DNA of 64,000 nucleotides. Source: a candidate division WOR-3 bacterium. GTDB lineage: Bacteria > Hydrothermota > Tepidihabitantia > B3-TA06. The stretch is from positions 64,001 through 128,000 of the forward strand of contig CBFGKC010000005.1 in assembly GCA_965649265.1 (NCBI GenBank), written 5' to 3'. The position numbers and the translations under genes are program-made. A model generated the notes under the pieces. The model searched no databases and was not told the origin of the DNA. It worked only from the letters and a program-made list of their open reading frames with translations. Positions 18,623 to 28,377 of the stretch are shown here, piece after piece. How positions within the stretch are numbered: the stretch's first letter is position 1; every line of letters starts with the position of its first letter.

Positions 18623-19546
18623 TTATTTTTTTCCTCCTTTTTCCTTGTATTTCAAGGCCAGATAGGCGTAGACTGTAACCCATTTGTTGGCCTGGCCGCG
18701 TTTCCCCGTCTTGAAATAGCATCTGGGAGGATCCCAATCAAGGACGTATCTCGATTCCTTGTCTTTTTTGGATTCGAATGCCTTCCACATATCATCGAGT
18801 TCAGGTCTCGTGCCGTAGCCCATCGCGGCCAAGGCGTATGCTGATTCAAGAAGATTGCTTCTCCAGTGAAACGGGAAAACCATGATATTTGAGCTTCTAT
18901 TTGCCGGAACCCCGGGGGAGTCCGTTCGGTAGATGGCGCCGCGGCGAAGGAAGTAGTCAACAAGTTTTCTCGAGCGTGGATGTCCCCACAAATCGGGGAG
19001 CATGGCGAACGCCATCAAGGCTTTGGTCGAACCGTTGATACAGCTTCTGACCGGACGGACCTTGCGCTTGCCCTCGTGCATATCGCACAGGTATCCGCCG
19101 TCGTGACGGGAGGTGGAAAGCATTAGCTCGACGGTTTTCCGGACGCGAGGATCATCACGATATCCGAGCATGATGAATGTCCTGATGTTGTATGCGTAAA
19201 GGCAGGACATGTGACGGCTGTAGTCTCCATCGGGCTTTGTGAGGCAAAGGTAGCGCTCAGCGGCCAGAGCCACGCGAGGGTCACTCTTATCTAAGCCGAG
19301 TTCAGCGAGAAATGACAGGTTGAAATGAGTGGTGATGAAGTCTACGTAGTCAACGTTCGCCCCTACCCCTTTATACTCCCAGTAACCGTCCGGATGCATC
19401 TTCGAGAAGATGCGCTCGGCCTGGTTACTTCCAGGGATCTGCGCTTTGAGCTTTCGGATGGTGGGAGCATCGGGGTTCTCATCCAGAAGCTCAACAAGGG
19501 TTCTGTAGCGAACCGAGGGGTTCTCCTCATCGAGAAGCCAGTCCAC
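18623..19546 (-). CDS. Alpha/alpha-barrel (prenyltransferase/squalene-oxidase-repeat-like) hypothetical protein
   Basis: WLLDEENPSVRY, repeated Q/H/K-xxDG-x-W/Y motifs, NKWVT. Confidence 0.7.
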   Translation of the reverse strand: MDWLLDEENPSVRYRTLVELLDENPDAPTIRKLKAQIPGSNQAERIFSKMHPDGYWEYKGVGANVDYVDFITTHFNLSFLAELGLDKSDPRVALAAERYLCLTKPDGDYSRHMSCLYAYNIRTFIMLGYRDDPRVRKTVELMLSTSRHDGGYLCDMHEGKRKVRPVRSCINGSTKALMAFAMLPDLWGHPRSRKLVDYFLRRGAIYRTDSPGVPANRSSNIMVFPFHWRSNLLESAYALAAMGYGTRPELDDMWKAFESKKDKESRYVLDWDPPRCYFKTGKRGQANKWVTVYAYLALKYKEKGGKK

Positions 19547-19563
19547 GACCTGCTGATTGATGT

Positions 19564-19920
19564 CTAAGGGAGACGTGAATCCCTCCTTATCCCTTCGAGC
19601 GTCTGTCTTGCGCCAGGGGCCACGAACTCAAAGTGAACGTTGAGCTTGGCACAGACAAACTCTTCGCAGTGAGCACAGTTGGGGATCCCCCTCCCCCCCG
19701 CGCATCTGCGGATCGGACATTCTTGGCAGTAGGCGATGTGAGGTCCGTTAGGATTGGTGCATCCCAGGCAGTTGACATCTTCGGGGTTGAAGGTCCCCTC
19801 GAACATTTGTGACCACTTCTCCGCGACCTTCACGCGAAGCTCGTCGTCATCTTTGACGGTGGCGATGTAGGCTTCACATGCGGCACAGTCCATTCCACAG
19901 CAGGCGATATGTCTTTCCAT
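19564..19920 (-). CDS. DUF3795-like Cys-rich protein
   Basis: CGMDCAAC...CLGC...CPIRRC...NCAHC. Confidence 0.9.
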   Translation of the reverse strand: MERHIACCGMDCAACEAYIATVKDDDELRVKVAEKWSQMFEGTFNPEDVNCLGCTNPNGPHIAYCQECPIRRCAGGRGIPNCAHCEEFVCAKLNVHFEFVAPGARQTLEGIRRDSRLP

Positions 19921-19923
19921 GAC

Positions 19924-20268
19924 TTATTCAGAATTTTTCCGGATTTCTTCGAGCGTCTCGAAGGCTTGCGGCGCGCGCGAGTGAGATTGGATGAGCATCT
20001 CACAGCGGTAGTCTCCGCACGACGCGCAGTTTGCGAGACCCTTTTCGACATTGCACTTGCGTATCCCGCATCCCTCGCAGAAACCTATCCTCTTCCCATC
20101 CTGGGATGTGCAGCCGTCGCAGTCTACATCCCGGGGAGCAAGTTCGTACTCAGGGGTCGACCATATCTTTGCCAGTCTTTCGCGTTCCTCGTTATCGTCC
20201 CTCAGGGTCGCTTGAAACGCCGGACATTCAACACAATTAAGGCCACAAAAAGCCGTCATCTTTACCAT
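19924..20268 (-). CDS. DUF3795-like Cys-rich protein
   Basis: CGLNCVEC...CDGC...CGIRKC...NCASC. Confidence 0.9.
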   Translation of the reverse strand: MVKMTAFCGLNCVECPAFQATLRDDNEERERLAKIWSTPEYELAPRDVDCDGCTSQDGKRIGFCEGCGIRKCNVEKGLANCASCGDYRCEMLIQSHSRAPQAFETLEEIRKNSE

Positions 20269-20285
20269 ACCTTCTCCTTATCTGG

Positions 20286-20325
20286 TTTGTATACAAAAGC
20301 GTACTTAAAAAAAGCAATTTGTCAA
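20286..20325 (-). promoter_or_regulatory. Promoter TTGACA-N16-TACGCT with perfect palindrome TTTGTATACAAA
   Basis: 12-bp palindrome abutting the -10 box. Confidence 0.65.
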
Positions 20326-20383
20326 CCCCCTCTCGAAAGGTAGTGGCGGATGACGTTTCACCGGCCGGATGGGTATCCACATG

Positions 20384-20412
20384 AAGGGCGGGGTAAAAAC
20401 TACCCCGCCCTT
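20384..20412 (-). terminator. Hairpin after the 749-aa gene
   Basis: AAGGGCGGGGTA-AAAAC-TACCCCGCCCTT. Confidence 0.6.
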
Positions 20413-20443
20413 AACCTGGGAAAGCCATGTGAGATTTACAGGA

Positions 20444-22693
20444 TTAAGTCTCCACAAGTGCGAAACTCGAGTTGTCGGAGGCCTCGTATGCGCGAATTCT
20501 CGAGTGCCCGTCTCGCGTCCGCGGGTAGGTTTCGAGCCTTACCGAAAACGCGCATTTACCGTAAGTATCCAGGAGGTCTTTGACTTTGAACGAATATACT
20601 GCCGGCGTCGGGGCCGAGACCGTAGAACTGAAATACCCCTCCTGGGTACCAGAGATTCCGCGTCGTACCGTCAGCACGTAATTGTAGAGGAAATTGTACG
20701 ATGGGGTCGGATGGTATGCTTCATATTCAATATCCACGTTGTCGTTCGCCTTGTCCGAATAGCCGAGGAACTGGCATTCAAGCGCCTTCAACCCGTTTAG
20801 CGCTATTGATTTTATATCGGCCACGGTCGCCTTGTTGTCCACATGGATATGGCAAATCAAGCTTCCGTCCGCCTCAACGAATAAGCTGTCGTCAACTACC
20901 CCTACCGCGGCGGTAGGCAGAACGAACTTGAAACCTGCGGCTGAAGGTATCAGTTTGTTGCCGTCCTTGTCGAACACTTCAAGACAGAGATCGTATTTAC
21001 CGTCAGACACCAGGGATACGTATCTTCCCTGCGAAGCGTCCCATATTGCCGTATTCCAGATTGCATATGCAAGATCGTCCCTGTTAGCCAGCCAGTTTTT
21101 GGCCGGGTCCGGGACCGCGAACATGTTGTTTTCGTTCGGACCCAGGGTCTCGCCGATAATGGCATACTTTCCCGGTGAAACGGGCGCTATGTATCTGTGT
21201 ACGATCGGCGTATCGATAGCGCTCCAGTTCGTTGTGCCGTGCTTACGGTAAGACCAGCGGTAGAATCGCACCCCATTGCTTGCGGAAATCAGGGTGCGCA
21301 GTCTCGGGTCGAGCTGCATCCTTATGTCGAGCCTGGTGCCGTAGGGATCAGTGCCGTTGTAAAGCCCGCAAGCGGCAGGAAGGGGCGTCGCGGGATCGCA
21401 ATGAGCTTTGATGTGCGCCTGATTCACGCTGTACCATTCGTCCTCGTAGATACCCATAGGCATGATGTATGCATCGGTGATGTTCAAGGGGACGTCATGC
21501 TGGCATACAACCGTATCGGGGTGAGTTACGTGCAAGTGAACCGGGTGCCCGCTCGGATGATTCCAGTATGTGTTGCAGGGAACCGGGTAGCGGTTGTATA
21601 TTACCTTTTCGACTCCGTTGATGTTTTGTTTTACCTTGAACCAGAGATCGGGAATGTCGTCACTGCACAGGGAAACGTATATCTGCTTGTGGAAGCTGCC
21701 GTCGGGCTGGAGTTCCGCGGTACCCAGAAGCTGGCGGCTGTAGTACCTGCACCACCACCACCAGTAGTAGTAAATCCACGGGTACCAGCACAACCAGTAC
21801 CTGAAGGCCTGAAATTTGTCTATCAGAAGATTCCTGAACTGCTCAGTGGTTGTGTCGATTATCTGGGCGACCTTGACCCCTTCCACCGGCTCACTGGCAA
21901 GAAAGGCGCGTCTCTCGTCCAGAGTCTTTTTCTCGATCTCGATACGCATCATCTCCCTTGTCAACGGGAGATTTCCCTGTCTCTCTTTGGCAAAATTCCA
22001 TTCCTTCGGCAGCGATTTCAGTTTTGCGGCCACTATTTCATCTATCTTCTCGACAGTGGTCGGACCCTTGGGTGGAACGGGGGGCTGCGGTGGAGTCCCG
22101 CACCAGTCGTCATCCCAGCTTTCCATCTCCGACCATTCCGCGGGAATGTCCTTTATTTGAACGAGAGGCGATTTCCGGATCACGTCTATTATGCCGTCCC
22201 TTATTCTTTCTATCACAAAGGGCGGAAGGCGTCTGAAACAAGGCCATATTTCTACGTCGTAGATCTCTACCTCGCCGAAGCAGACAGGTATTCCGTCCTT
22301 TTCGACCGTTCCTGCGACAACGTAAGGGACCAAAATCCAGCAGTGCCACAGCTGCCAGGGTATTACGAACTCCAGATTATGTTCGCCTGGAGAACCTTCC
22401 ACCTTTTGTGTCGGGTTTTTCCCTAACGGCTCGAGATTTTTGACGTTTTCATTTTCCGGCGCGATCATGACGACGTAAAAACCTCGTATGGCTTCAACTT
22501 CAATTTTCATGCTGCCTGACGGGGGCTTCCCCTGCGTGGTTTTGAGAGGTTTTTGAACAACCAGACGACCTGAGGGATCAAAAACGTATACCGCAATGCC
22601 GGGCTGCCTCTCTTGCTTTGGCCACTCTTTTTCGTCTTTGGGTCCCTGGAACTCTACGGAGATTCCCAGGATACATAGTTCTCGCGGGTTCAT
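20444..22693 (-). CDS. Large hypothetical protein, Trp/Cys/Pro-rich
   Basis: 749-aa ORF with AGGAGG RBS; no recognisable catalytic motif. Confidence 0.85.
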   Translation of the reverse strand: MNPRELCILGISVEFQGPKDEKEWPKQERQPGIAVYVFDPSGRLVVQKPLKTTQGKPPSGSMKIEVEAIRGFYVVMIAPENENVKNLEPLGKNPTQKVEGSPGEHNLEFVIPWQLWHCWILVPYVVAGTVEKDGIPVCFGEVEIYDVEIWPCFRRLPPFVIERIRDGIIDVIRKSPLVQIKDIPAEWSEMESWDDDWCGTPPQPPVPPKGPTTVEKIDEIVAAKLKSLPKEWNFAKERQGNLPLTREMMRIEIEKKTLDERRAFLASEPVEGVKVAQIIDTTTEQFRNLLIDKFQAFRYWLCWYPWIYYYWWWWCRYYSRQLLGTAELQPDGSFHKQIYVSLCSDDIPDLWFKVKQNINGVEKVIYNRYPVPCNTYWNHPSGHPVHLHVTHPDTVVCQHDVPLNITDAYIMPMGIYEDEWYSVNQAHIKAHCDPATPLPAACGLYNGTDPYGTRLDIRMQLDPRLRTLISASNGVRFYRWSYRKHGTTNWSAIDTPIVHRYIAPVSPGKYAIIGETLGPNENNMFAVPDPAKNWLANRDDLAYAIWNTAIWDASQGRYVSLVSDGKYDLCLEVFDKDGNKLIPSAAGFKFVLPTAAVGVVDDSLFVEADGSLICHIHVDNKATVADIKSIALNGLKALECQFLGYSDKANDNVDIEYEAYHPTPSYNFLYNYVLTVRRGISGTQEGYFSSTVSAPTPAVYSFKVKDLLDTYGKCAFSVRLETYPRTRDGHSRIRAYEASDNSSFALVET

Positions 22694-22961
22694 TAATCCT
22701 CCTTCGTTACATACTTATCACTTACTCTCCTCAGTTGTGACAGATAAAGGATTTCTTGATTAAACCTCTACTGCGGTACGTTAAAGTTTTCTTGTGACAT
22801 TTAACGAGCCATAACCTCCTTTTAAAAAAAGTATAGAAAAATCTTTCTATTTGTCAAGTCCTTACTCTAGTACCGTCTTTTGTTTTAATCGGTCTGCCGA
22901 GGGACATTCAGGCAATCAGAATCCACGTTTGACAATCTCTGAACTTCTTTTATCATTCTTC

Positions 22962-23990
22962 ATGACACCTGAAATAAGATTGCGCAAATACGAACCCTCT
23001 GATTTTCTGCGCGTGAGGGATTTTCTCGCCGAGAATTACCTGAAGTTCCCGGAGCCGGTCAACTGGGACATGGTTCGCTGGAACTACTCACGCTACTTTA
23101 TTGCGCCCATGATTGGGGCCTGGGGAATCGGCGAGGTTGATGAAAAGATACCGGATGCCACCGGCAAGAGGAGCATGGAGTCTATCCGCTTCTGGGAATC
23201 GTCCATCGGGGTGTGGAAGACGGAGGACGGAGAGATAGCGGGCGTGGTCTGCCCTGAGGAATACGCACCCTGGCATAACGCTTTCGGCAGGGCATACCTC
23301 CAGCGATGCCCCGATTGCGACCATCTCCTGCCCGAGATGCTCGAGTACGCGGAGAGAACGTTTCGCGGCACCCGTAACACCCGTAACACCCGTAACACCC
23401 CTGACTCCCCTGACACACTAGATACACGAAACACAAGGATTTACGTGGCTGAGCATGACATGGCGCTCAACGAAGCTGCCGAGGCGAGAGGATTCGTAAG
23501 GGATGAAGAGCCTTGCATAGACTATATGGAGTACGATCTTGCCGATATTCCCGAGACAACCCTCCCCCCTGGATACCGGTTCGTCTCCATGGCCGAGAAC
23601 AACGACATCGAAAAACGCAGAAAGGTGTTCGGGCTTTCATTCTGGCATCCCGATCCGAACGACTGGCCGACCGCCTACTCATACGAAGAGTTTCAGAAGG
23701 CCCCCGACTACCGCAAAGAGCTGGACCTGGTCATCGAGCGACCGGATGGTGAATGGGTTGCCTGCACAGTCGCCTGGTTTGATGAGTACAACGGCGTTGG
23801 AACGTTAGAGCACGTGGGCGCCGTTCAGCTGGGCATGGGCCGGGAGGTGGTCCTGGAAGGCTTAAGGAGGCTGCGAGACCTGGGTGCCCGGACCGCCCAC
23901 ATGGACTCCGACCTCAGGTTCTACAAAAAAGCAGGATTCAAGAAGCGCTTTTCGATATACAGATGGGTGAAAACCCATAACTACCGATAA
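22962..23990 (+). CDS. GNAT-family acetyltransferase-like protein (tandem GNAT)
   Basis: C-terminal LEHVG...GMGREVVLEGLRRL...FYKKAGF; start at ATG 22962 directly after TTGACA-N16-TATCAT. Confidence 0.75.
   Translation: MTPEIRLRKYEPSDFLRVRDFLAENYLKFPEPVNWDMVRWNYSRYFIAPMIGAWGIGEVDEKIPDATGKRSMESIRFWESSIGVWKTEDGEIAGVVCPEEYAPWHNAFGRAYLQRCPDCDHLLPEMLEYAERTFRGTRNTRNTRNTPDSPDTLDTRNTRIYVAEHDMALNEAAEARGFVRDEEPCIDYMEYDLADIPETTLPPGYRFVSMAENNDIEKRRKVFGLSFWHPDPNDWPTAYSYEEFQKAPDYRKELDLVIERPDGEWVACTVAWFDEYNGVGTLEHVGAVQLGMGREVVLEGLRRLRDLGARTAHMDSDLRFYKKAGFKKRFSIYRWVKTHNYR
23369..23434 (+). repeat. In-frame 9-bp tandem repeat (ACCCGTAAC x3 plus degenerate copies)
   Basis: Encodes TRNTRNTRNTPDSPDTLDTRN. Confidence 0.85.
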
Positions 23991-24033
23991 AACATACTTA
24001 ATGAAGCGCCGTGCCGCAGCCTTAGAATCTCTT

Positions 24034-25812
24034 TTATCTCAGCTCTAATACTCCGTATCTCTTCGGGTCGTACGATATCGGCACCATCCAGTCTGCAGAG
24101 GTGGAGAGCCTTGCCTGTTTGCGCCTGAAATTGAGACCCAGCTTCGAACCGGACTCAGACGTCGCGCCGAGTTCGCTCAGCGGGATTCGCGCCTCCATGC
24201 TCCAGTAATCTTTGCCCTTCATGGTTTTGATTTCGTACTCGCCGTTCCATGAGGCGTCGGCATCCGCGGAGCCCCCGGATACGGTTATTTTCTGATCGAA
24301 CACGGTCCCCAGGGGATTCATGTATATCTGGTAGATGACCCCGGTATCAGGGGAGAGGAAGTATCCGACGCAGTCTTCCCTGTATACCTCGCCGTCCCGC
24401 GCGGTTGCTTTTGCCGCAAGCGAGTCCATGTTTGATTCCTTGCAGTAGGCGGCAAGGTAGAGATTGTCCTTGTCGAAGGCGAACCAGAAGCGCGTGGAAT
24501 CTGTTCCTGAAGATTTGCCGCTCGGCGTGAAAAGCCTTGTGACCGGTGTCTGCCACGCAGCGTCCGTGAGCGCCCCGTCGATAACGGGCGCGCTTTCGGC
24601 CTTCGTGATCGGAGCCGTGCGTGAGAGTACGAGGGATTTGTTGACGGGGTAGCTCCTGCCCTCCCTGTACGGGAACGAGAACGAAACCGAGGGCGCCGGG
24701 TATATGTCGCCCTTATTTTTTAAGACGAATCTGAACGTGTCCTCTGCGCCGGGCTCCAGCGCGAGGAGGAGGGAGGAGGGTGAGGAGGACGACGTGGACG
24801 ACGAGGGCGAGGAGGGCTCCACACTCCAGTCGTCGGAGGTTTCCCAGCGCAGGGTGTCTTTCAGCGTCACCCCGCCGGAGGGGTTCTTTATCACGAGGAC
24901 GACCTGGGAGTCCTTCAGCCCAAGGTCCTCGCTTATAGGGAGGGGACCCTCAAAGGTCACGCAAGAGGAGACGAAATAGTCGATTGCCTTGATGTCGCGG
25001 GCCTGCAGTTCGTCCCAGGGCAGTACCGAACCGAGTCTTATGGGTGCGATACCGATGCCCTCATCGTCCACCGTAACCCATGTGAAATGGTACCCCAGAC
25101 CTGTAGGACCGGTCTCGGCCTGTCCTCCGGAGCTTCCTACCGCCGTGTAGAGGATATTGTCGTATTTGTCGGAGTAATAAAGATGATTGTGCCCGTTGAA
25201 TACCGCGTCCACACCATACTTGCGGAAAAGGCTGTGCAAGGTATCGGGCTTGCCCTGAGCCAGGGACTCGAACCAGAAAGGCTTGTGGAAGAAAACGAGC
25301 GTATAGCGTGCGTTGCGGTTCTTTGCGAGATCGGACTCCAGCCAGGAAAGCTCTGTGCCCGGAAGCTTGTCTGACGATTCCCAGCGGGTGTTGTCGAGAA
25401 CGATGAAATGCAGCCCCTCATGGTCGAACGAATAATAGGGCTTTCCCACCTCGCGCTCGAAAGTGCTCAAGGCCGAATCGGTCGTTATGTCGTGGTTGCC
25501 TGGGGTGAGATGGACGGGCATTGTCAGGGGCGCGATGATCGACTTGAATTCCTTCCATTCGCTTTCGAGTTCCACCGTATCGTTCGTATAACCCTCGATG
25601 GCGTCACCAACCGTCATGACGAAATCGGGCCTGAGCCTTGCTATCTCGGAGACTATCTGTTCATAGATTCCGGGCATGTTCCCGCCCGTCCGGTCGCCGA
25701 TGATTGCAAAGTGCACGCTGGGCTCACTCTTTTTAGCTTGACCGGCGGAAAAAAAACCTGCAGCGATCACGAGAAAAAGGACCGGTAACAATACTTTCTT
25801 TTCAGGATTCAC
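24034..25812 (-). CDS. Secreted metallophosphoesterase with C-terminal CBM9/DOMON-like domain
   Basis: GD, GD, GNHD, HKP, GHNH motifs; APVIDG...FDKDNLY...WSMEARIP; probable GTG start. Confidence 0.85.
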   Translation of the reverse strand: MNPEKKVLLPVLFLVIAAGFFSAGQAKKSEPSVHFAIIGDRTGGNMPGIYEQIVSEIARLRPDFVMTVGDAIEGYTNDTVELESEWKEFKSIIAPLTMPVHLTPGNHDITTDSALSTFEREVGKPYYSFDHEGLHFIVLDNTRWESSDKLPGTELSWLESDLAKNRNARYTLVFFHKPFWFESLAQGKPDTLHSLFRKYGVDAVFNGHNHLYYSDKYDNILYTAVGSSGGQAETGPTGLGYHFTWVTVDDEGIGIAPIRLGSVLPWDELQARDIKAIDYFVSSCVTFEGPLPISEDLGLKDSQVVLVIKNPSGGVTLKDTLRWETSDDWSVEPSSPSSSTSSSSPSSLLLALEPGAEDTFRFVLKNKGDIYPAPSVSFSFPYREGRSYPVNKSLVLSRTAPITKAESAPVIDGALTDAAWQTPVTRLFTPSGKSSGTDSTRFWFAFDKDNLYLAAYCKESNMDSLAAKATARDGEVYREDCVGYFLSPDTGVIYQIYMNPLGTVFDQKITVSGGSADADASWNGEYEIKTMKGKDYWSMEARIPLSELGATSESGSKLGLNFRRKQARLSTSADWMVPISYDPKRYGVLELR

Positions 25813-25982
25813 TCTTCCTCCTTGGAGATATATTAACACTATTTTTTTGGAATTTGTTTACTGCTTGAATACTATCTGTAATAGAGCAAATGTCAATGTG
25901 AAACCACTGCCACCCTTATCGCGCGTTAAGAAGCCGAACCTGACTCGTAACTATTATCTTTATCAGATCTTCAGGGATTGGA

Positions 25983-26870
25983 TCACTTTCTATCATCTGC
26001 TTGATGCGTCCACGCATCCACCGCACCGCAGGCGGTGCTGAACACGACGTCGTTCCATGAAGCTATCTCGGAATAAAGCCTGCACCAGCCGTCAATAACA
26101 TTGTGATTTACCCCGCCTCCTTTTCTTTGCACCATACACTCCCACGGATGCCAGAAGAACTGAACTATGTCCACAGCAACCTCATGCCGGTGCTCCCACA
26201 GCTTGCGGAAGGAGTCGATGAACCTCGCGGTATCCTCCCCGATACCTTCGTAGGAGAGGAAGACAGGGATTTCGACTACGGGGGAGGCCCCGGGTTCCCA
26301 TATCTTATCGTAGTCGGGATGGTACGGCCTGAACGCCCTGTGGTCATCCCGGTCCCTGTGCGAGGAATCCTGAACCATCAGATCCTTCACCTGAGGGTGG
26401 TTGACGACCCCGCAGTCTACGAGAACGCCTGTGTCGATCTCAATTCTTGCCTCTTCCAAAGCGCGGAATATCGGGCCGTTCAGATAGAACCATGCCGGGG
26501 CATGTGTTTTTGGATAGGGGAGCCCCTGCGACTCGACCTTCTCAGCATTTTTCTTGAAGAATTTCGGCTGCTCCCTCGGGTCGCCGGCGTGAGTGTGAAT
26601 GCCTATCTCGTCTCCGAGCTTGAACCTTTCAAGGAAGAATTCTTTTCGGACGTCTATTATGTCCGGACTATCGGTGCCGGTCACAGGCCCCTTCTGGCCG
26701 TTGCCGAAGTACAGGCACCACGTAATCGGTATCTTCATACCTCGCTCGGCTTCGATTTTTCCGAACCTTTCTAGGAGCAGGGCCGTTCCCTCATCCAGAC
26801 CTGTATACTCGTCGTCCCACCAGTTGTGCTCGGTGTGAACGACGTTGATGACGTGCATTTTCCCCATCAT
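25983..26870 (-). CDS. Polysaccharide-deacetylase-fold hypothetical protein
   Basis: HTE, EIGIHTH, APAW, VEIPV, HPWE motifs. Confidence 0.65.
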   Translation of the reverse strand: MMGKMHVINVVHTEHNWWDDEYTGLDEGTALLLERFGKIEAERGMKIPITWCLYFGNGQKGPVTGTDSPDIIDVRKEFFLERFKLGDEIGIHTHAGDPREQPKFFKKNAEKVESQGLPYPKTHAPAWFYLNGPIFRALEEARIEIDTGVLVDCGVVNHPQVKDLMVQDSSHRDRDDHRAFRPYHPDYDKIWEPGASPVVEIPVFLSYEGIGEDTARFIDSFRKLWEHRHEVAVDIVQFFWHPWECMVQRKGGGVNHNVIDGWCRLYSEIASWNDVVFSTACGAVDAWTHQADDRK

Positions 26871-26998
26871 AAACTCCTATGTCGTTCATGATTGAATTCA
26901 TCCGTTGAATCCGACGGCTCGATTAAAGATATTGCCGATAAAAAAATTCTAGACGAATTAACTACTTTGTCAACTTATGGGAGATATTTGATGCGGTC

Positions 26999-27031
26999 TT
27001 CGGAGAAGGGGCTACGAGCCCCTTCTCCGAA
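26999..27031 (-). terminator. Hairpin after the VOC gene
   Basis: TTCGGAGAAGGGGCT-ACG-AGCCCCTTCTCCGAA. Confidence 0.65.
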
Positions 27032-27039
27032 ATTTAAAT

Positions 27040-27408
27040 TTACTTCACACTCATGTCGGGCTCGATCATCCCGAACTCGTTGCCCTCCGTATCCTCAAAG
27101 TACGCTATCCAGCCCACCCCGGGTATGGAGTTCTTTGCCCGGACTATCTTGCCGCCCGAGCGCTCTACCTTCTTTATGGATTCGTCCAGGTTCTCAACGC
27201 CCAGGGTGTTGACCGAGGAGCCCTTCATGACCTCGCCTTTTGCGAGGCCTCCGTCTATTCCCATCTGGTTCTTTTCGCCGGTCGTGATGAGCCAGTAGTC
27301 GAAGGGCCCGTTCCATTTCTCGAAAGACCAGCCGAACGCTTCCTTGAAGAATTTCATTGCCCTTTCAGGATCCGTCGCGTTAATCTCGAAGTGAACTACT
27401 CTAGCCAT
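27040..27408 (-). CDS. VOC/glyoxalase family protein
   Basis: VVHFEI...IPGVGWIAYFEDTEGN. Confidence 0.92.
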   Translation of the reverse strand: MARVVHFEINATDPERAMKFFKEAFGWSFEKWNGPFDYWLITTGEKNQMGIDGGLAKGEVMKGSSVNTLGVENLDESIKKVERSGGKIVRAKNSIPGVGWIAYFEDTEGNEFGMIEPDMSVK

Positions 27409-27741
27409 TTCGGCCTCCTTTTGCTCTGAAATTTATACAATTATTATAGGGATTATCCACTATCTGTCAAGTAATTCAAGGAAAGAGGGATGGATATCAG
27501 CTTGGTCACTACCTCGCAGGACATCCCTTCGTTGAAAAAACGGAGTATCCCGGCATCAATCGCTAACCCGTCTCGATCAAATACCCGAAAGTAAAACTTT
27601 ATTTTACATCACCCAACTCAAATCAATACCCCATGAAAGGTCCCCCAGGATTTGTTCAAATGCTCGGTAAAGAGGAGTGAAATCTTCTCCGCTTGCTCAA
27701 CTTATACGTTTACGTACGTTATACATGGATGGGAGTAAGGA

Positions 27742-28263
27742 TCAACCCCCGGTTGCCTTGAGATCATTCTTCCTCCTGTAGTTCTGAACTGCGAGCCTCA
27801 CGCCGTAGATTATCCCTGCCAGGACGAAGGACAGAAGACAGATAACATGGATCTGGCCGCTTGTAAGAAGCCTGTAAAAGGGATTGGCGGTGAGCGGAAA
27901 GAACGGCATGAATTCGGCGTGGAAGATAGAATCCGTGAAGATGTGTAGTGAGGTACCCGAAAAGACGCCGAGGAGAATGAATGAAAAAGTCTGAGATTGC
28001 TCGAGTTTGAGGGCCGAGAGGAGCCGGGCCAAAGGCTTGCGGGTAGCGAAGAGGAGCAGGGATACGGGTATTGATACGAGAAGCCCGCCAAGCAGGGTGT
28101 GAAAGAATCCGTGCAGCGGCTGGTTAAGCTGAAGAAGGATGATCGTCAGGGGTTCGATATCGATAAGGATTGACCCAGCGAGAAAAGCTGGTATATGGAA
28201 TACGCGTTTTATGCCCACTACGGCCGCGAGGCTCGGGCCGAGATGAAAGGGGGTAAACGGCAT
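27742..28263 (-). CDS. Membrane metal-dependent hydrolase-like protein
   Basis: PFTPFH, DIEP, LHGFFHT, HIFTD motifs. Confidence 0.75.
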   Translation of the reverse strand: MPFTPFHLGPSLAAVVGIKRVFHIPAFLAGSILIDIEPLTIILLQLNQPLHGFFHTLLGGLLVSIPVSLLLFATRKPLARLLSALKLEQSQTFSFILLGVFSGTSLHIFTDSIFHAEFMPFFPLTANPFYRLLTSGQIHVICLLSFVLAGIIYGVRLAVQNYRRKNDLKATGG

Positions 28264-28377
28264 CTCTAGCGCCCTGTTTTGAGAGATATGATTATTTCCA
28301 TCTTTTTTAAGACTCCGCGAAACTGTGAAAAGTGAACCTGATATTTGAGGGTTTCCGAGTCTGGACTGGTCTCTTTT

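Noticed and set aside
27490-27594. 34-codon plus-strand ORF in the VOC/hydrolase gap
   Set aside because: Poor RBS spacing and no recognisable features
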